Part shown: positions 1-8,776 of the stretch, one piece after another
Layout of the letters: the number at the start of each line of letters is the position of its first letter
Numbering within the stretch: the first letter of the stretch is position 1
Assembly: GCA_002329405.1 (NCBI GenBank)
Contig: DCTE01000042.1
Location: 1-32,603 of the forward strand
Source: Ruminococcaceae bacterium UBA1448
GTDB lineage: Bacteria; Bacillota; Clostridia; Oscillospirales; Ruminococcaceae
DNA: 32,603 nucleotides
Reading direction: 5' to 3'
The notes under the pieces: model-generated
Told to the model about the DNA's origin: nothing
Database searches by the model: none
Seen by the model: the letters and a program-made list of their open reading frames with translations, nothing else
Made by a program: the position numbers and the translations under genes

Positions 1-593
<593 letters not shown>

Positions 594-642
594 TTACCTC
601 TTTCTCTTACAAATTGAATCGGATCATATATGGACCCTGGAA

Positions 643-948
<306 letters not shown>

Positions 949-976
949 TTAAATTCAGCTATGTTTACCGTTTTAT

Positions 977-1003
977 TTAGCACTCTAAGTTTTGGAGTGC
1001 TAA
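977..1003 (-). promoter_or_regulatory. CIRCE operator (HrcA binding site) of the groESL operon
   Basis: TTAGCACTC-taagttttg-GAGTGCTAA is an exact match to the CIRCE consensus TTAGCACTC-N9-GAGTGCTAA. It lies between the predicted promoter and groES. Confidence 0.95.
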
Positions 1004-1011
1004 CAATATAT

Positions 1012-1039
1012 ATTGTACCCGATTTTTCAGGAAAATCAA
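1012..1039 (-). promoter_or_regulatory. Sigma-A type promoter of groESL
   Basis: The minus strand reads TTGATT (1039-1034), a 16-nt spacer, then TACAAT (1017-1012). It is immediately upstream of CIRCE. Confidence 0.6.
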
Positions 1040-1117
1040 GGGGGTATTTGGTACTTTTAGAAAAAATTGTCTGTTTGCACAATTTAAAAAACCTGTACTA
1101 CAATATTTTATACATCA

Positions 1118-1146
1118 TTGCATTTTATCCTTAGATGCGTTATAAT
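1118..1146 (+). promoter_or_regulatory. Sigma-A type promoter of degV (divergent from groESL)
   Basis: TTGCAT (1118-1123), a 17-nt spacer, then TATAAT (1141-1146), about 50 nt upstream of the degV ATG. Confidence 0.6.
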
Positions 1147-1196
1147 AAAGTATATTGAAAATGATGGCTTTTGACCATCTGAAAGGATGAATACCG

Positions 1197-2081
1197 ATGA
1201 ACCCTTCCAGAGATTATGTTCTTTCCACAGAAACAACCTGTGATATGCCCCGCGCATATTATACCGACCACAACATCAACCTAATGGGACTAACCTATCT
1301 GATTGATGACAAGGAATACGACAGTGCCGCAGACGACAGCCTGTCACCCAAGGAATTTTTTGACCAGATCCGCAACGGTGCCATGCCGAAAACCTCTCAG
1401 GTCACTGTGGAAAAAGCATATGATTCCTTTGAAAAGATCATCAAACAGGGAAAAGACGTCTTCCATCTTGCTTTTTCCTCCGGGCTCTCGGGAACTTATC
1501 AGAGCTGCTGTATCGCAGCGGCAGATATTATGGAACATTACCCGGACGCAAGGGTCGTTGTGGTTGACTCGCTGGCGGCGTCGATGGGACAGGGGCTGAT
1601 GCTGTCCTATGCGGTCAAACTCAAGGAAGAGGGAAAGACCCTTGATGAGCTCGCTGAAATCATTACCCGCGACCGGCTGAAATTCTGCCATAACTTCACT
1701 GTCAACGACCTGTTCCATCTGCACAGGGGCGGAAGGGTCTCCAAAATGACCGCTGTCGTCGGCATGGCACTGGGCATTAAGCCGCTGCTGCATGTGGACG
1801 ACGCGGGGCATCTGATCAACGTCGGCAAGACACGCGGACGGAAAGCAGCATTGACCTGGCTGGTCGACAAAATGGGCGAAAAGATCGGGAACAATGTCAA
1901 TGACGCGGTCTATATCTCCCATTCCGACTGCTATGATGATGCAAAGTTTGTCGCCGATCTTGTCAAAGAGCGGTTTGGCATCCAGAATATCCTGATCGGG
2001 GATATCGGGCAGGTCATCGGCTCCCATACCGGTATTGGAACAGTCGCCCTGTTCTTTATCGGAGACAGCAGAGAAGTCTGA
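1197..2081 (+). CDS. DegV family fatty-acid-binding protein
   Basis: The 294-aa ORF has typical DegV length and sequence features (STETTCDMP, HLAFSSGLSGTYQS, VVDSLAASMGQG, HRGGRVS, GSHTGIGTVALFF). AAGGA lies 9 nt before the ATG. Confidence 0.85.
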   Translation: MNPSRDYVLSTETTCDMPRAYYTDHNINLMGLTYLIDDKEYDSAADDSLSPKEFFDQIRNGAMPKTSQVTVEKAYDSFEKIIKQGKDVFHLAFSSGLSGTYQSCCIAAADIMEHYPDARVVVVDSLAASMGQGLMLSYAVKLKEEGKTLDELAEIITRDRLKFCHNFTVNDLFHLHRGGRVSKMTAVVGMALGIKPLLHVDDAGHLINVGKTRGRKAALTWLVDKMGEKIGNNVNDAVYISHSDCYDDAKFVADLVKERFGIQNILIGDIGQVIGSHTGIGTVALFFIGDSREV

Positions 2082-2090
2082 CCGCATACC

Positions 2091-2276
2091 ATGGAGAAAA
2101 ATTATATGGAACAAAATAACCATCAAATTGTTCAGAAAACCGTCAAAACCGGTATTACCTTTGGCAGCGCGCTGGCAATGGTCATCAGTTACACAACCTG
2201 GCATTCGGTAGGGTGGGCTATTTTCCATGGGCTGCTCAGCTGGATTTACGTTATTTACTTTGTTTTGAGATATTGA
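2091..2276 (+). CDS. Small hypothetical membrane protein (56-61 aa, two predicted TM segments)
   Basis: The C-terminal two thirds are hydrophobic (ITFGSALAMVISYTTWHSVGWAIFHGLLSWIYVIYFVL). The second ATG at 2106 has a better SD (GGAG, 9 nt). It lies 10 nt after the degV stop. No family was recognised. Confidence 0.5.
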   Translation: MEKNYMEQNNHQIVQKTVKTGITFGSALAMVISYTTWHSVGWAIFHGLLSWIYVIYFVLRY

Positions 2277-2342
2277 AAGATATATAGATCATCTTATCCT
2301 GCCTGCATAGGTTATCTTGGCAAAAACAAAGGCGGTGAGACA

Positions 2343-2573
2343 ATGACTGGTAAAAAGGTGCTAAAAATCTTTCTGAAAATCCTGATAGGGATTTTTCTGG
2401 TACTGGGTTGTCTTTGCTGGTTTTATGCAATTTATGTTGAGCTGTCCGGCGCAACCACCGGCGGATTTATAGACTTAAGCAATCTTTTTGTCTGGGGTAG
2501 CCTGGCAATTGGAGGAATTTTTTTCCTGTTGGCACTGGTCGTTTGGTTGATACACAAAAAAATACAGAACTAA
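2343..2573 (+). CDS. Small hypothetical membrane protein (76 aa, two TM segments)
   Basis: It has two long hydrophobic stretches and a Lys-rich N-terminus, with AGGCGGTGA SD-like sequence upstream. A terminator follows. No family was recognised. Confidence 0.5.
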   Translation: MTGKKVLKIFLKILIGIFLVLGCLCWFYAIYVELSGATTGGFIDLSNLFVWGSLAIGGIFFLLALVVWLIHKKIQN

Positions 2574-2580
2574 GTAAAAA

Positions 2581-2622
2581 GCGTACAGCGGCTGAAACAG
2601 TTCACTGTACGCTTTATTTTAT
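2581..2622 (+). terminator. Rho-independent terminator after the degV/small-membrane-protein unit
   Basis: GCGTACAG (2581-2588) pairs with CTGTACGC (2605-2612), followed by TTTATTTTAT. Confidence 0.7.
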
Positions 2623-2726
2623 GTATGACTGCCGCCTGCCCGGGCACACTCCCATTATAAATGCGGCCGGAATCATTTTCACCATGGATTTCTCTGGCGC
2701 ATACCCTGCATTGGAGGTGGTTTTTT

Positions 2727-4589
2727 ATGTGTGCAATTGCCGGTATGCTGCGGGGAAAAGAGGCCGCCGCCTTTCCCGCACCGGAAAATATCCTTTCGAC
2801 CATGCGGCGGCGTGGCCCGGACAGCGAAGGAACCTTTGTTTCCGACAGGGAAGAAGACCCACTGGTGACCCTTTACCATGCCCGGCTTGCCGTTATCGAC
2901 CCGGAAAACGGACGGCAGCCAATGCTTTTCCCGATGGCAGGAAAAGCACGCTATGCAATTGTCTACAACGGGGAACTGTACAATACCGCCCAGCTGAAAG
3001 CCGAGCTGGAAGCACTGGGACACAGCTTTCAGACAACAGCAGACACCGAAGTCGTCCTGCACAGCTTTATCCAGTGGCAGGAAAAATGCCTTGACCGATT
3101 CAACGGTATCTTTGCCTTTGCGGTCTGGGACAATGAAGAGCATCAGCTGTTTCTTGCCCGCGACCGGATGGGGGTCAAACCACTGTTTTTCATGCTGGAT
3201 CATGAGCGGTTTCTGTTTGCATCCGAAATCAAAACGCTGATGGCATTCCCCGGCGTCAAGCCGCAGATTGACAGTGAAGGAATTGCCGAACTGATGCTCT
3301 GCGGGCCGGGACGGACGCCCGGCTGCGGCGTCTTTAAAGGGGTGCAGGAGCTGAAACCCGCTCAGTACGCCTGGATTGTACCGGGCGGACAGCCGGAAAT
3401 CCATCGTTACTGGAAGCTGACACCTAAGGCACATACCGAGAGTTTTGAGGAAACAGCGGCGCATGTCCGCTCACTGGTGCTGGATGCCATCAACCGCCAG
3501 TTAGTCAGTGATGTACCGATTGGCACCTTTTTATCGGGTGGGCTGGACTCCAGTTTGATTTCCTCGGTTGCCTGCGATATGCTGCGGGACAGCGGCAAAC
3601 ATCTGACGACCTTTTCGGTCGACTATAAGGACAACAGCCGCTACTTCCGCTCCGGCAAGTTCCAGCCGCAGAGCGATACCGGTTTTATCCCGGTCATGCA
3701 GCGGTATCTTTCGGAAAAAGACCCGCAATGTGTCCACCACCTGATTACACTGGATACACCCGCACTCGCGGAGGCTTTAATGGACGCAGTCGATGCGCGT
3801 GACCTGCCGGGTATGGCGGATGTCGATTCCTCGCTGCTGCTTTTCTGCAAGGAGATTCGAAAATATGTAACCGTCGCACTGTCGGGAGAATGTGCCGACG
3901 AGCTGTTCGGCGGATACCCCTGGTACCGTGACCCGGAAATCCGTTCCCGTGCCGGGTTCCCATGGGCGCAGACCACCAGCTGGCGAAGCAGCTTCCTTAG
4001 ACCGGAATACCTTAACCGTATCCACCCGGACGAATATATGCACGACAGGGAACAGATGACCCTTTCCGACACCGACCTCAGGCCCGAAGACCCGCCGCTT
4101 GAAAAGCGGATGCGGCAGATGATGCGGCTGAACACCGACTGGTTCATGCAGACGCTGCTCGACCGGAAAGACCGGATGAGCATGTATTGGGGGCTGGAAG
4201 TAAGGGTGCCGTTCTGCGACCACCGGATCGCCGAATACCTGTACAATGTCCCGTGGGAGATGAAAGACCACGACGGCTACGAAAAAGGGCTGCTGCGCAG
4301 TGCGATGGAAGGCTGGCTGCCCGACGAAGTACTCTGGCGCAAGAAAAGCCCTTACCCCAAGACACACAACCCCAGCTACCGCGCCGCTGTCAGCGGGATG
4401 CTGGAAGAGATTATTTCCGAGCCCAATGCGCCTCTGCTTCAGCTGGTACGTCCCGAGATGCTTCGAGAATTGCTGGACAGCGACAGCCAGGTGCCGTGGT
4501 ATGGTCAGCTGATGACCGCGCCACAGACAATGGCATATATGATTCAGCTGAACTACTGGCTGGGAAAATGGAAGGTGGAAATCCTTTAA
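2727..4589 (+). CDS. asnB: Asparagine synthase (glutamine-hydrolysing), AsnB family
   Basis: The start is trimmed to ATG 2727, giving MCAIAG with the catalytic Cys2 of class II (Ntn) amidotransferases. GGAGGTGG SD is at 2713-2720. The protein has an N-terminal GATase domain (YNGELYN) and the SGGLDSS PP-loop motif of the synthetase domain, at about 620 aa. Confidence 0.9.
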   Translation: MCAIAGMLRGKEAAAFPAPENILSTMRRRGPDSEGTFVSDREEDPLVTLYHARLAVIDPENGRQPMLFPMAGKARYAIVYNGELYNTAQLKAELEALGHSFQTTADTEVVLHSFIQWQEKCLDRFNGIFAFAVWDNEEHQLFLARDRMGVKPLFFMLDHERFLFASEIKTLMAFPGVKPQIDSEGIAELMLCGPGRTPGCGVFKGVQELKPAQYAWIVPGGQPEIHRYWKLTPKAHTESFEETAAHVRSLVLDAINRQLVSDVPIGTFLSGGLDSSLISSVACDMLRDSGKHLTTFSVDYKDNSRYFRSGKFQPQSDTGFIPVMQRYLSEKDPQCVHHLITLDTPALAEALMDAVDARDLPGMADVDSSLLLFCKEIRKYVTVALSGECADELFGGYPWYRDPEIRSRAGFPWAQTTSWRSSFLRPEYLNRIHPDEYMHDREQMTLSDTDLRPEDPPLEKRMRQMMRLNTDWFMQTLLDRKDRMSMYWGLEVRVPFCDHRIAEYLYNVPWEMKDHDGYEKGLLRSAMEGWLPDEVLWRKKSPYPKTHNPSYRAAVSGMLEEIISEPNAPLLQLVRPEMLRELLDSDSQVPWYGQLMTAPQTMAYMIQLNYWLGKWKVEIL

Positions 4590-4600
4590 CATACAGCAAA

Positions 4601-4641
4601 GCCCGGCGGTTATCCGGTTATACCAGACAGCCGCCGGGCTG
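4601..4641. terminator. Hairpin between convergent asnB and the XRE regulator (bidirectional terminator candidate)
   Basis: AGCCCGGCGG (4601-4610) pairs with CCGCCGGGCT (4632-4641), a 10-bp GC-rich stem. The T-tracts are weak on both sides. Confidence 0.55.
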
Positions 4642-4652
4642 TTATTATGACA

Positions 4653-5366
4653 TTATCCCTCTGCTGCAATATACACGTCCATATACCAGACATCATCCCG
4701 CAGATATTCCTTTTCAAAACAGGAGATCACTCCATCTTTCTCACAATGGGCAATTCCATTCATCTGCATATATGACATCAGTGCCTTATAGCCGTTTGGA
4801 ATGACCGCAAACGGTGCGCAAAATGGATTGCGTATCGTGACAGCTGCATACCTTTGTTCCGGCTGGAAAAGCAGCTCCTCAGCCCCGACAGCTGATGCGG
4901 CACCATCTGGCAGTATCCAGGCCGCTGTATACCCGTGCATATGAAACACATTCTGCTGCTGTTGTGACACAAAAGGAAAGTCCCATCCGATGATCTCGGG
5001 TACAGGCTCTCCATATGCGGCTGCTTTTCTGCGGATAACAGCCTTTGCGTCCTCTTCCGGCTCGCGGCTGATGACCGGATACTGTATGTAGTAAAACGGA
5101 CGCACCGTTTCCAGCCGGAAGCTGGAATAGGCCTGATCACAAAATGACAGGTCTTCCCGAAAAAGGTTGTCCAGTGTACAACCAAAAACGGCACACAGTT
5201 CAACTGCCTTTTCCATTTCAGGATAGGCTGTATCCAGCTCCCATCTGGACACTGTCTGACGGGTGACGCCCATTTTTTCCGCAAGCGCCTCCTGTGTCAT
5301 ACCGTTGTGCAGTTTTCTGAGGTATTGAAGATTTTTTCCAAAGCCCACAGCAATCCTTCTTTCCAT
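4653..5366 (-). CDS. XRE-family HTH transcriptional regulator with a C-terminal GyrI-like (effector-binding) domain
   Basis: The start is trimmed to MERRIAVGFGKNLQYLRKLHNGMTQEALAEKMGVTRQTVSRWE (Cro/C1 HTH). The remaining ~170 aa resemble GyrI-like small-molecule-binding domains; this domain assignment is by eye only. Confidence 0.75.
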   Translation of the reverse strand: MERRIAVGFGKNLQYLRKLHNGMTQEALAEKMGVTRQTVSRWELDTAYPEMEKAVELCAVFGCTLDNLFREDLSFCDQAYSSFRLETVRPFYYIQYPVISREPEEDAKAVIRRKAAAYGEPVPEIIGWDFPFVSQQQQNVFHMHGYTAAWILPDGAASAVGAEELLFQPEQRYAAVTIRNPFCAPFAVIPNGYKALMSYMQMNGIAHCEKDGVISCFEKEYLRDDVWYMDVYIAAEG

Positions 5367-5379
5367 CCGTGATATTATG

Positions 5380-5408
5380 ATTATAGCAAAAAGGCCACAC
5401 CGATACCA
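5380..5408 (-). promoter_or_regulatory. Extended -10 promoter of the XRE regulator, predicting a near-leaderless mRNA
   Basis: The minus strand reads TGcTATAAT (-10 at 5385-5380) with a weak -35 TGGTAT (5408-5403). The ATG at 5366 lies only 13 nt past the -10, and there is no SD. Confidence 0.5.
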
Positions 5409-5460
5409 CCAAGCAGAATGCGCATTTTTATATCCGGTCGCAACCAATAGTTGCATTCTC

Positions 5461-6075
5461 TTAAAAGCCGTACAATATCGCCGCAAGGCCGATCTCATTG
5501 TAAAACAGAAATCTCCCTGCCATCATCGCTACAAGATATAAAACCGGTTCCGTCCATTTACAGTCAAGCCCCTTCCAACCCACCGCCGTCCATATCTTCC
5601 ATACCAGATACCCCAACAATGCGCCCAACAGATTGAGCAGTAAGTCATCAATATCGGTACTGCGGTTATTGAATAATTGGCTAAGTTCAATCAGCAGAGA
5701 AAAGAATCCGCCAGCCAACAAAACCCCCGGCAGTCTGACCCTTGCTGCAATCGTTGGCATCAAAACCCCCAACGGTATAAACAGCACAATATTTAAAAGA
5801 TAAGCCGTCCAGTCTATTGCACGCGAGAAGGGGAGCAGGTTTATCTGTTCTCCGCCCTTCATCCCATACAGAAAAATATCATATAAAGTTCCAGCCCCGG
5901 TAAAATACAGTACGCCACAAATATAAACTGCCCATACCAGATAAAATACCAGTCTTTTTCTTCTCTCGCCGCGACTCAGCAGAGAACGGTTCCGCCCGCC
6001 CGCAAAATATACTGCTGCCCAAGGAAGCAGCGATGCCGCTGCCTCATAGCCAATCATCAAATAACTTTTCATCAT
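5461..6075 (-). CDS. VanZ-like family membrane protein
   Basis: The 204-aa polytopic membrane protein contains ...LLIELSQLFNNRSTDIDDLLLNLLGALLGY..., matching the VanZ-like E..Q...R..D..D...N..G signature. AAGGAGG SD lies upstream of ATGATG. Confidence 0.7.
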   Translation of the reverse strand: MMKSYLMIGYEAAASLLPWAAVYFAGGRNRSLLSRGERRKRLVFYLVWAVYICGVLYFTGAGTLYDIFLYGMKGGEQINLLPFSRAIDWTAYLLNIVLFIPLGVLMPTIAARVRLPGVLLAGGFFSLLIELSQLFNNRSTDIDDLLLNLLGALLGYLVWKIWTAVGWKGLDCKWTEPVLYLVAMMAGRFLFYNEIGLAAILYGF

Positions 6076-6161
6076 CTTCGCCTCCTTTTCCCCAGTATAT
6101 CAGATCAAAATACAAGCTGGGGGAAGTTAAGAAAACTTTCAGAAAACAACCAGCAAATATT

Positions 6162-6209
6162 AAAAACCGGCTGTCCATGTTCCACGTGGAACAATAGCAG
6201 CCGGCTTTT
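6162..6209 (-). terminator. Rho-independent terminator of nfnAB with parS embedded in its loop
   Basis: The minus-strand RNA reads GCCGGCTG-ctat-TGTTCCACGTGGAACA-tgga-CAGCCGG-TTTTT. The outer arms are 6167-6173 and 6198-6204. A-run and T-run flanks give it a bidirectional shape. Confidence 0.7.
6178..6193. other. parS: parS site (ParB/Spo0J binding, centromere-like), copy 1
   Basis: TGTTCCACGTGGAACA is a perfect 16-bp palindrome that matches the Bacillus-type parS consensus TGTTNCACGTGAAACA at 15/16 positions. The 17-mer is identical to the copies at 9479 and 20311. parAB is encoded at 30874-32603. Confidence 0.85.
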
Positions 6210-6230
6210 ACAGTTATGGCCCCGACAAAA

Positions 6231-7649
6231 TCAGGCCTTTTTATTCTTGATGTATTCGTCCATCGCAGCGGCAGCCGTCTTGCCGGCACCCATTGCGAGG
6301 ATGACCGTTGCAGCGCCTGTGACAGCGTCACCGCCTGCATAAACGCCTTCAATAGAAGTCAGGCCGTTGTCGTCCGCGACAATCTCGCCCCGGCGGCGGG
6401 TATCCAGACCGGGGGTCGTAGCCTTGAGCAGCGGGTTGGGAGAGGTGCCCAGCGCCATGATGACGCAGTCCATCGGCAGTTCAAATTCGCTGCCTTCCTT
6501 GACAACCGGGCGGCGTCTGCCGGATTCATCCGGTTCACCCAGCTCCATCTCGACACAGCGGATACCCTTAACCCAGCCATAGCCCGGATCGCGGGGATCG
6601 GTGACATCGGTCGGCAGAATCTCGACAGGATTGTTCAGCGTCTTAAAGATAATGCCTTCTTCCTCTGCATGTTCGACTTCCTCTTTACGGGCGGGGAGCT
6701 CGTTCATGCTGCGACGGTAGATGATGTAAACATTTTCAGCACCCAGACGCTTTGCGGTACGGGCCGCATCCATCGCGACGTTGCCGCCGCCGACGACTGC
6801 AACATTCTTTGCGTGCTGAATCGGCGTGGCAGAATCATCTTTATACGCCTTCATCAGGTTGCTTCTGGTGAGGAACTCATTTGCCGAGTAAACACCCTTG
6901 AGGTTCTCGCCCGGAATGTTCATAAACCGGGGAAGACCGGCACCGGTACCAATGAAGATGGCTTCATAGCCATATTCTTCTTTCAGCTCCTCAATTGTAA
7001 GGACACGTCCGATGACCATATTGGTCTCAACCTTGACGCCGAGTGCCTTGAGGTTGTCGACTTCCTTCTGGACAATCGCCTTAGGCAAACGGAATTCCGG
7101 GATACCATAGACCAAAACGCCGCCGGCGAGATGCAGTGCCTCATAAATCGTGACATCATAGCCCATCTTGGCCAGATCACCTGCGCAGGTCAGGCCAGCA
7201 GGGCCGGAACCGATAATCGCAACCTTATGGCCATTCGGCTCAGGACGGGTGACCGCACCCTCAGCATGGGCGTTGTGATAGTCGGCGACAAACCGTTCCA
7301 GACGGCCGATGGCGACCGGCTCGCCCTTGATGCCGCGGACACATTTCCCTTCGCACTGGGTCTCCTGCGGACAGACACGTCCGCAGACAGCCGGCAGGGA
7401 AGAGGACTGGCTGATGACCTGGTATGCACCCTCAAAGTCACCTGCCGCAACCTTGGCAATAAATTCCGGGATATGGATATTGACAGGGCAGCCGGTGACA
7501 CAGGGTTTATTCTTACAGTTGAGGCATCTCTGCGCTTCGTCCAGTGCCATCTCTTCGGTATAGCCGAGGGTTACCTCCTGAAAGTTTTTGTTGCGGACAT
7601 TCGGGTCCTGAGAAGGCATTGGATTCTTGGTTGCTCTCATATTCGGCAT
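6231..7649 (-). CDS. nfnB: NADPH-dependent glutamate-synthase-small-chain-like oxidoreductase, probable NfnB subunit of NADH-dependent reduced ferredoxin:NADP+ oxidoreductase
   Basis: The 472-aa protein has N-terminal Cys clusters (CLNCKNKPCVTGCPV..., CGRVCPQETQCEGKC) followed by two Rossmann motifs (VAIIGSGPAGL, VAVVGGGNVAMD). It is translationally coupled to upstream nfnA (AAGGAGG, 2-nt gap). Confidence 0.85.
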   Translation of the reverse strand: MPNMRATKNPMPSQDPNVRNKNFQEVTLGYTEEMALDEAQRCLNCKNKPCVTGCPVNIHIPEFIAKVAAGDFEGAYQVISQSSSLPAVCGRVCPQETQCEGKCVRGIKGEPVAIGRLERFVADYHNAHAEGAVTRPEPNGHKVAIIGSGPAGLTCAGDLAKMGYDVTIYEALHLAGGVLVYGIPEFRLPKAIVQKEVDNLKALGVKVETNMVIGRVLTIEELKEEYGYEAIFIGTGAGLPRFMNIPGENLKGVYSANEFLTRSNLMKAYKDDSATPIQHAKNVAVVGGGNVAMDAARTAKRLGAENVYIIYRRSMNELPARKEEVEHAEEEGIIFKTLNNPVEILPTDVTDPRDPGYGWVKGIRCVEMELGEPDESGRRRPVVKEGSEFELPMDCVIMALGTSPNPLLKATTPGLDTRRRGEIVADDNGLTSIEGVYAGGDAVTGAATVILAMGAGKTAAAAMDEYIKNKKA

Positions 7650-7651
7650 GA

Positions 7652-8494
7652 TTACTGGACCTCCTTAGCAAACAGGTTGCAGGTTTCCTCATAGGCATGG
7701 CGTTCGAACGGCGCATAACTGCGGGAACGGCTCATCGCCTCGTCAAAGTCGACCAGATGGCCGTCAAAGTCGGGGCCATCGACACAGGCAAACTTTGTTT
7801 CTCCGCCAACGCTCAGCCGGCAGCCGCCGCACATGCCGGTACCATCGACCATGATCGGGTTCATCGAAACGGTGGTCTTCTGGCCGTATTCTTTAGTGGT
7901 CAGACATACGAACTTCATCATGATCAGCGGGCCAATTGCGATGACCTCGTCAAACCGTTCGCCCTTTTCGAGCATTTCTTTCAGCGGGACGGTGACATTG
8001 CCTTTTTCGCCGTAGGAGCCGTCGTCGGTCATCATCGTAAAGTGATCGGAGCAGGCCTTGAACTCGTCTTCCAGAATCACAAGATCCTGATTTCTAAAAC
8101 CGACAATCGAGGTGACCTCTGCGCCCATCTCATGCAGTGCCTGCGCGACCGGCAGAGCAATTGCACATCCAACGCCACCGCCGATGACGCAGACCTTTTT
8201 CAGTCCGTCCAAATGGCTGGGGGTACCCAGAGGGCCGACAAAGTCCTGGATGTACGCACCCTCATTTTTATGGTTGAGAAGGGTTGTCGTAGCGCCGACA
8301 ACCTGGAAAATAATGGTGACCGTACCTTTTTCACGGTCATATCCCGCGATGGTCAGCGGGATGCGTTCGCCATCCTCATCCACCCGGAGAATAATAAACT
8401 GACCTGGTTTTGCTTTTTTTGCAACCAGCGGAGCGTCTATATCCATCAGAGTGACAGTAGGATTCAGTGATTTTTTGCGTACGATTTTGTACAT
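7652..8494 (-). CDS. nfnA: Sulfide/dihydroorotate-dehydrogenase-like FAD/NAD-binding [2Fe-2S] protein, probable NfnA subunit
   Basis: The start is trimmed to MYKIVRKKSLNPTVTLMDIDAPLVAKKAKPGQFIILR..., the typical NfnA/SudB N-terminus. A C-terminal CGGC..C cluster motif is present (GTGMCGGCRLSV...FACVDGP). It is paired with nfnB. Confidence 0.85.
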   Translation of the reverse strand: MYKIVRKKSLNPTVTLMDIDAPLVAKKAKPGQFIILRVDEDGERIPLTIAGYDREKGTVTIIFQVVGATTTLLNHKNEGAYIQDFVGPLGTPSHLDGLKKVCVIGGGVGCAIALPVAQALHEMGAEVTSIVGFRNQDLVILEDEFKACSDHFTMMTDDGSYGEKGNVTVPLKEMLEKGERFDEVIAIGPLIMMKFVCLTTKEYGQKTTVSMNPIMVDGTGMCGGCRLSVGGETKFACVDGPDFDGHLVDFDEAMSRSRSYAPFERHAYEETCNLFAKEVQ

Positions 8495-8589
8495 ATCCAA
8501 TCGACCCTTCTTTTTCCTCATTTTTCAGCATACCTTGTTTGTCCGGCGATGGTCTGAATTTCAACCTGTCCGACCGGTGTTTAACCTAT

Positions 8590-8618
8590 ATTATAACAGA
8601 GCCTTTGCATTTTTGCAA
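8590..8618 (-). promoter_or_regulatory. Sigma-A type promoter of nfnAB
   Basis: The minus strand reads TTGCAA (8618-8613), a 17-nt spacer, then TATAAT (8595-8590), about 95 nt upstream of the nfnA start. Confidence 0.65.
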
Positions 8619-8643
8619 GTTGAAGCATCAATATCATGCAAAA

Positions 8644-8680
8644 AATCCATGCCAAAAAACGGACTGATTTGGCATGGATT
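8644..8680 (-). terminator. Second hairpin/terminator downstream of the zinc-ribbon membrane protein gene
   Basis: AATCCATGCC (8644-8653) pairs with GGCATGGATT (8671-8680), a 10-bp stem, followed by TTTTG on the minus strand. Confidence 0.55.
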
Positions 8681-8717
8681 TATATTATTTTGGTCAATAA
8701 TGCACCAAGCAGCCAAG

Positions 8718-8761
8718 AAAAAAGGTTCCCATGCAAACCATCATTTGTCTGCATGGGAACC
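8718..8761 (-). terminator. Rho-independent terminator of the zinc-ribbon membrane protein gene
   Basis: GGTTCCCATGCA (8724-8735) pairs with TGCATGGGAACC (8750-8761), a 12-bp perfect stem, followed by TTTTTT on the minus strand. Confidence 0.8.
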
Positions 8762-8776
8762 GGAGGATGACCAATA

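Noticed and set aside
2661-2726. N-terminal extensions offered by the ORF track for asnB (2661), the XRE regulator (5498), nfnA (8521), GH3 (12114), the NPPY methyltransferase (15973), rsmI (16866), ADH (20375), M42 (21438), ppx-like (28706), thioesterase (29478) and groES (948).
   Set aside because: In each case an internal start has a proper SD at 6-10 nt and reproduces the conserved family N-terminus (for example MCAIAG for Ntn amidotransferases, or a signal peptide for the lipoprotein). The extensions also overlap neighbouring genes or promoters.
6216-7694. A 492-aa plus-strand ORF antisense to nfnB. Similar long antisense ORFs occur at 1344-2228, 7697-8470, 12456-13508, 17723-19162, 19074-20564, 21410-22654, 22727-24988 and 29701-31224.
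   Set aside because: Each lies exactly opposite a gene with unmistakable conserved motifs (NfnB, DegV, NfnA, GH3, RlmI-like, ADH, Mfd, SerS/ParB). Their translations are low-complexity and rich in R/A/G/L with no recognisable motifs. Stop-poor antisense frames are expected in GC-rich, codon-biased genes.
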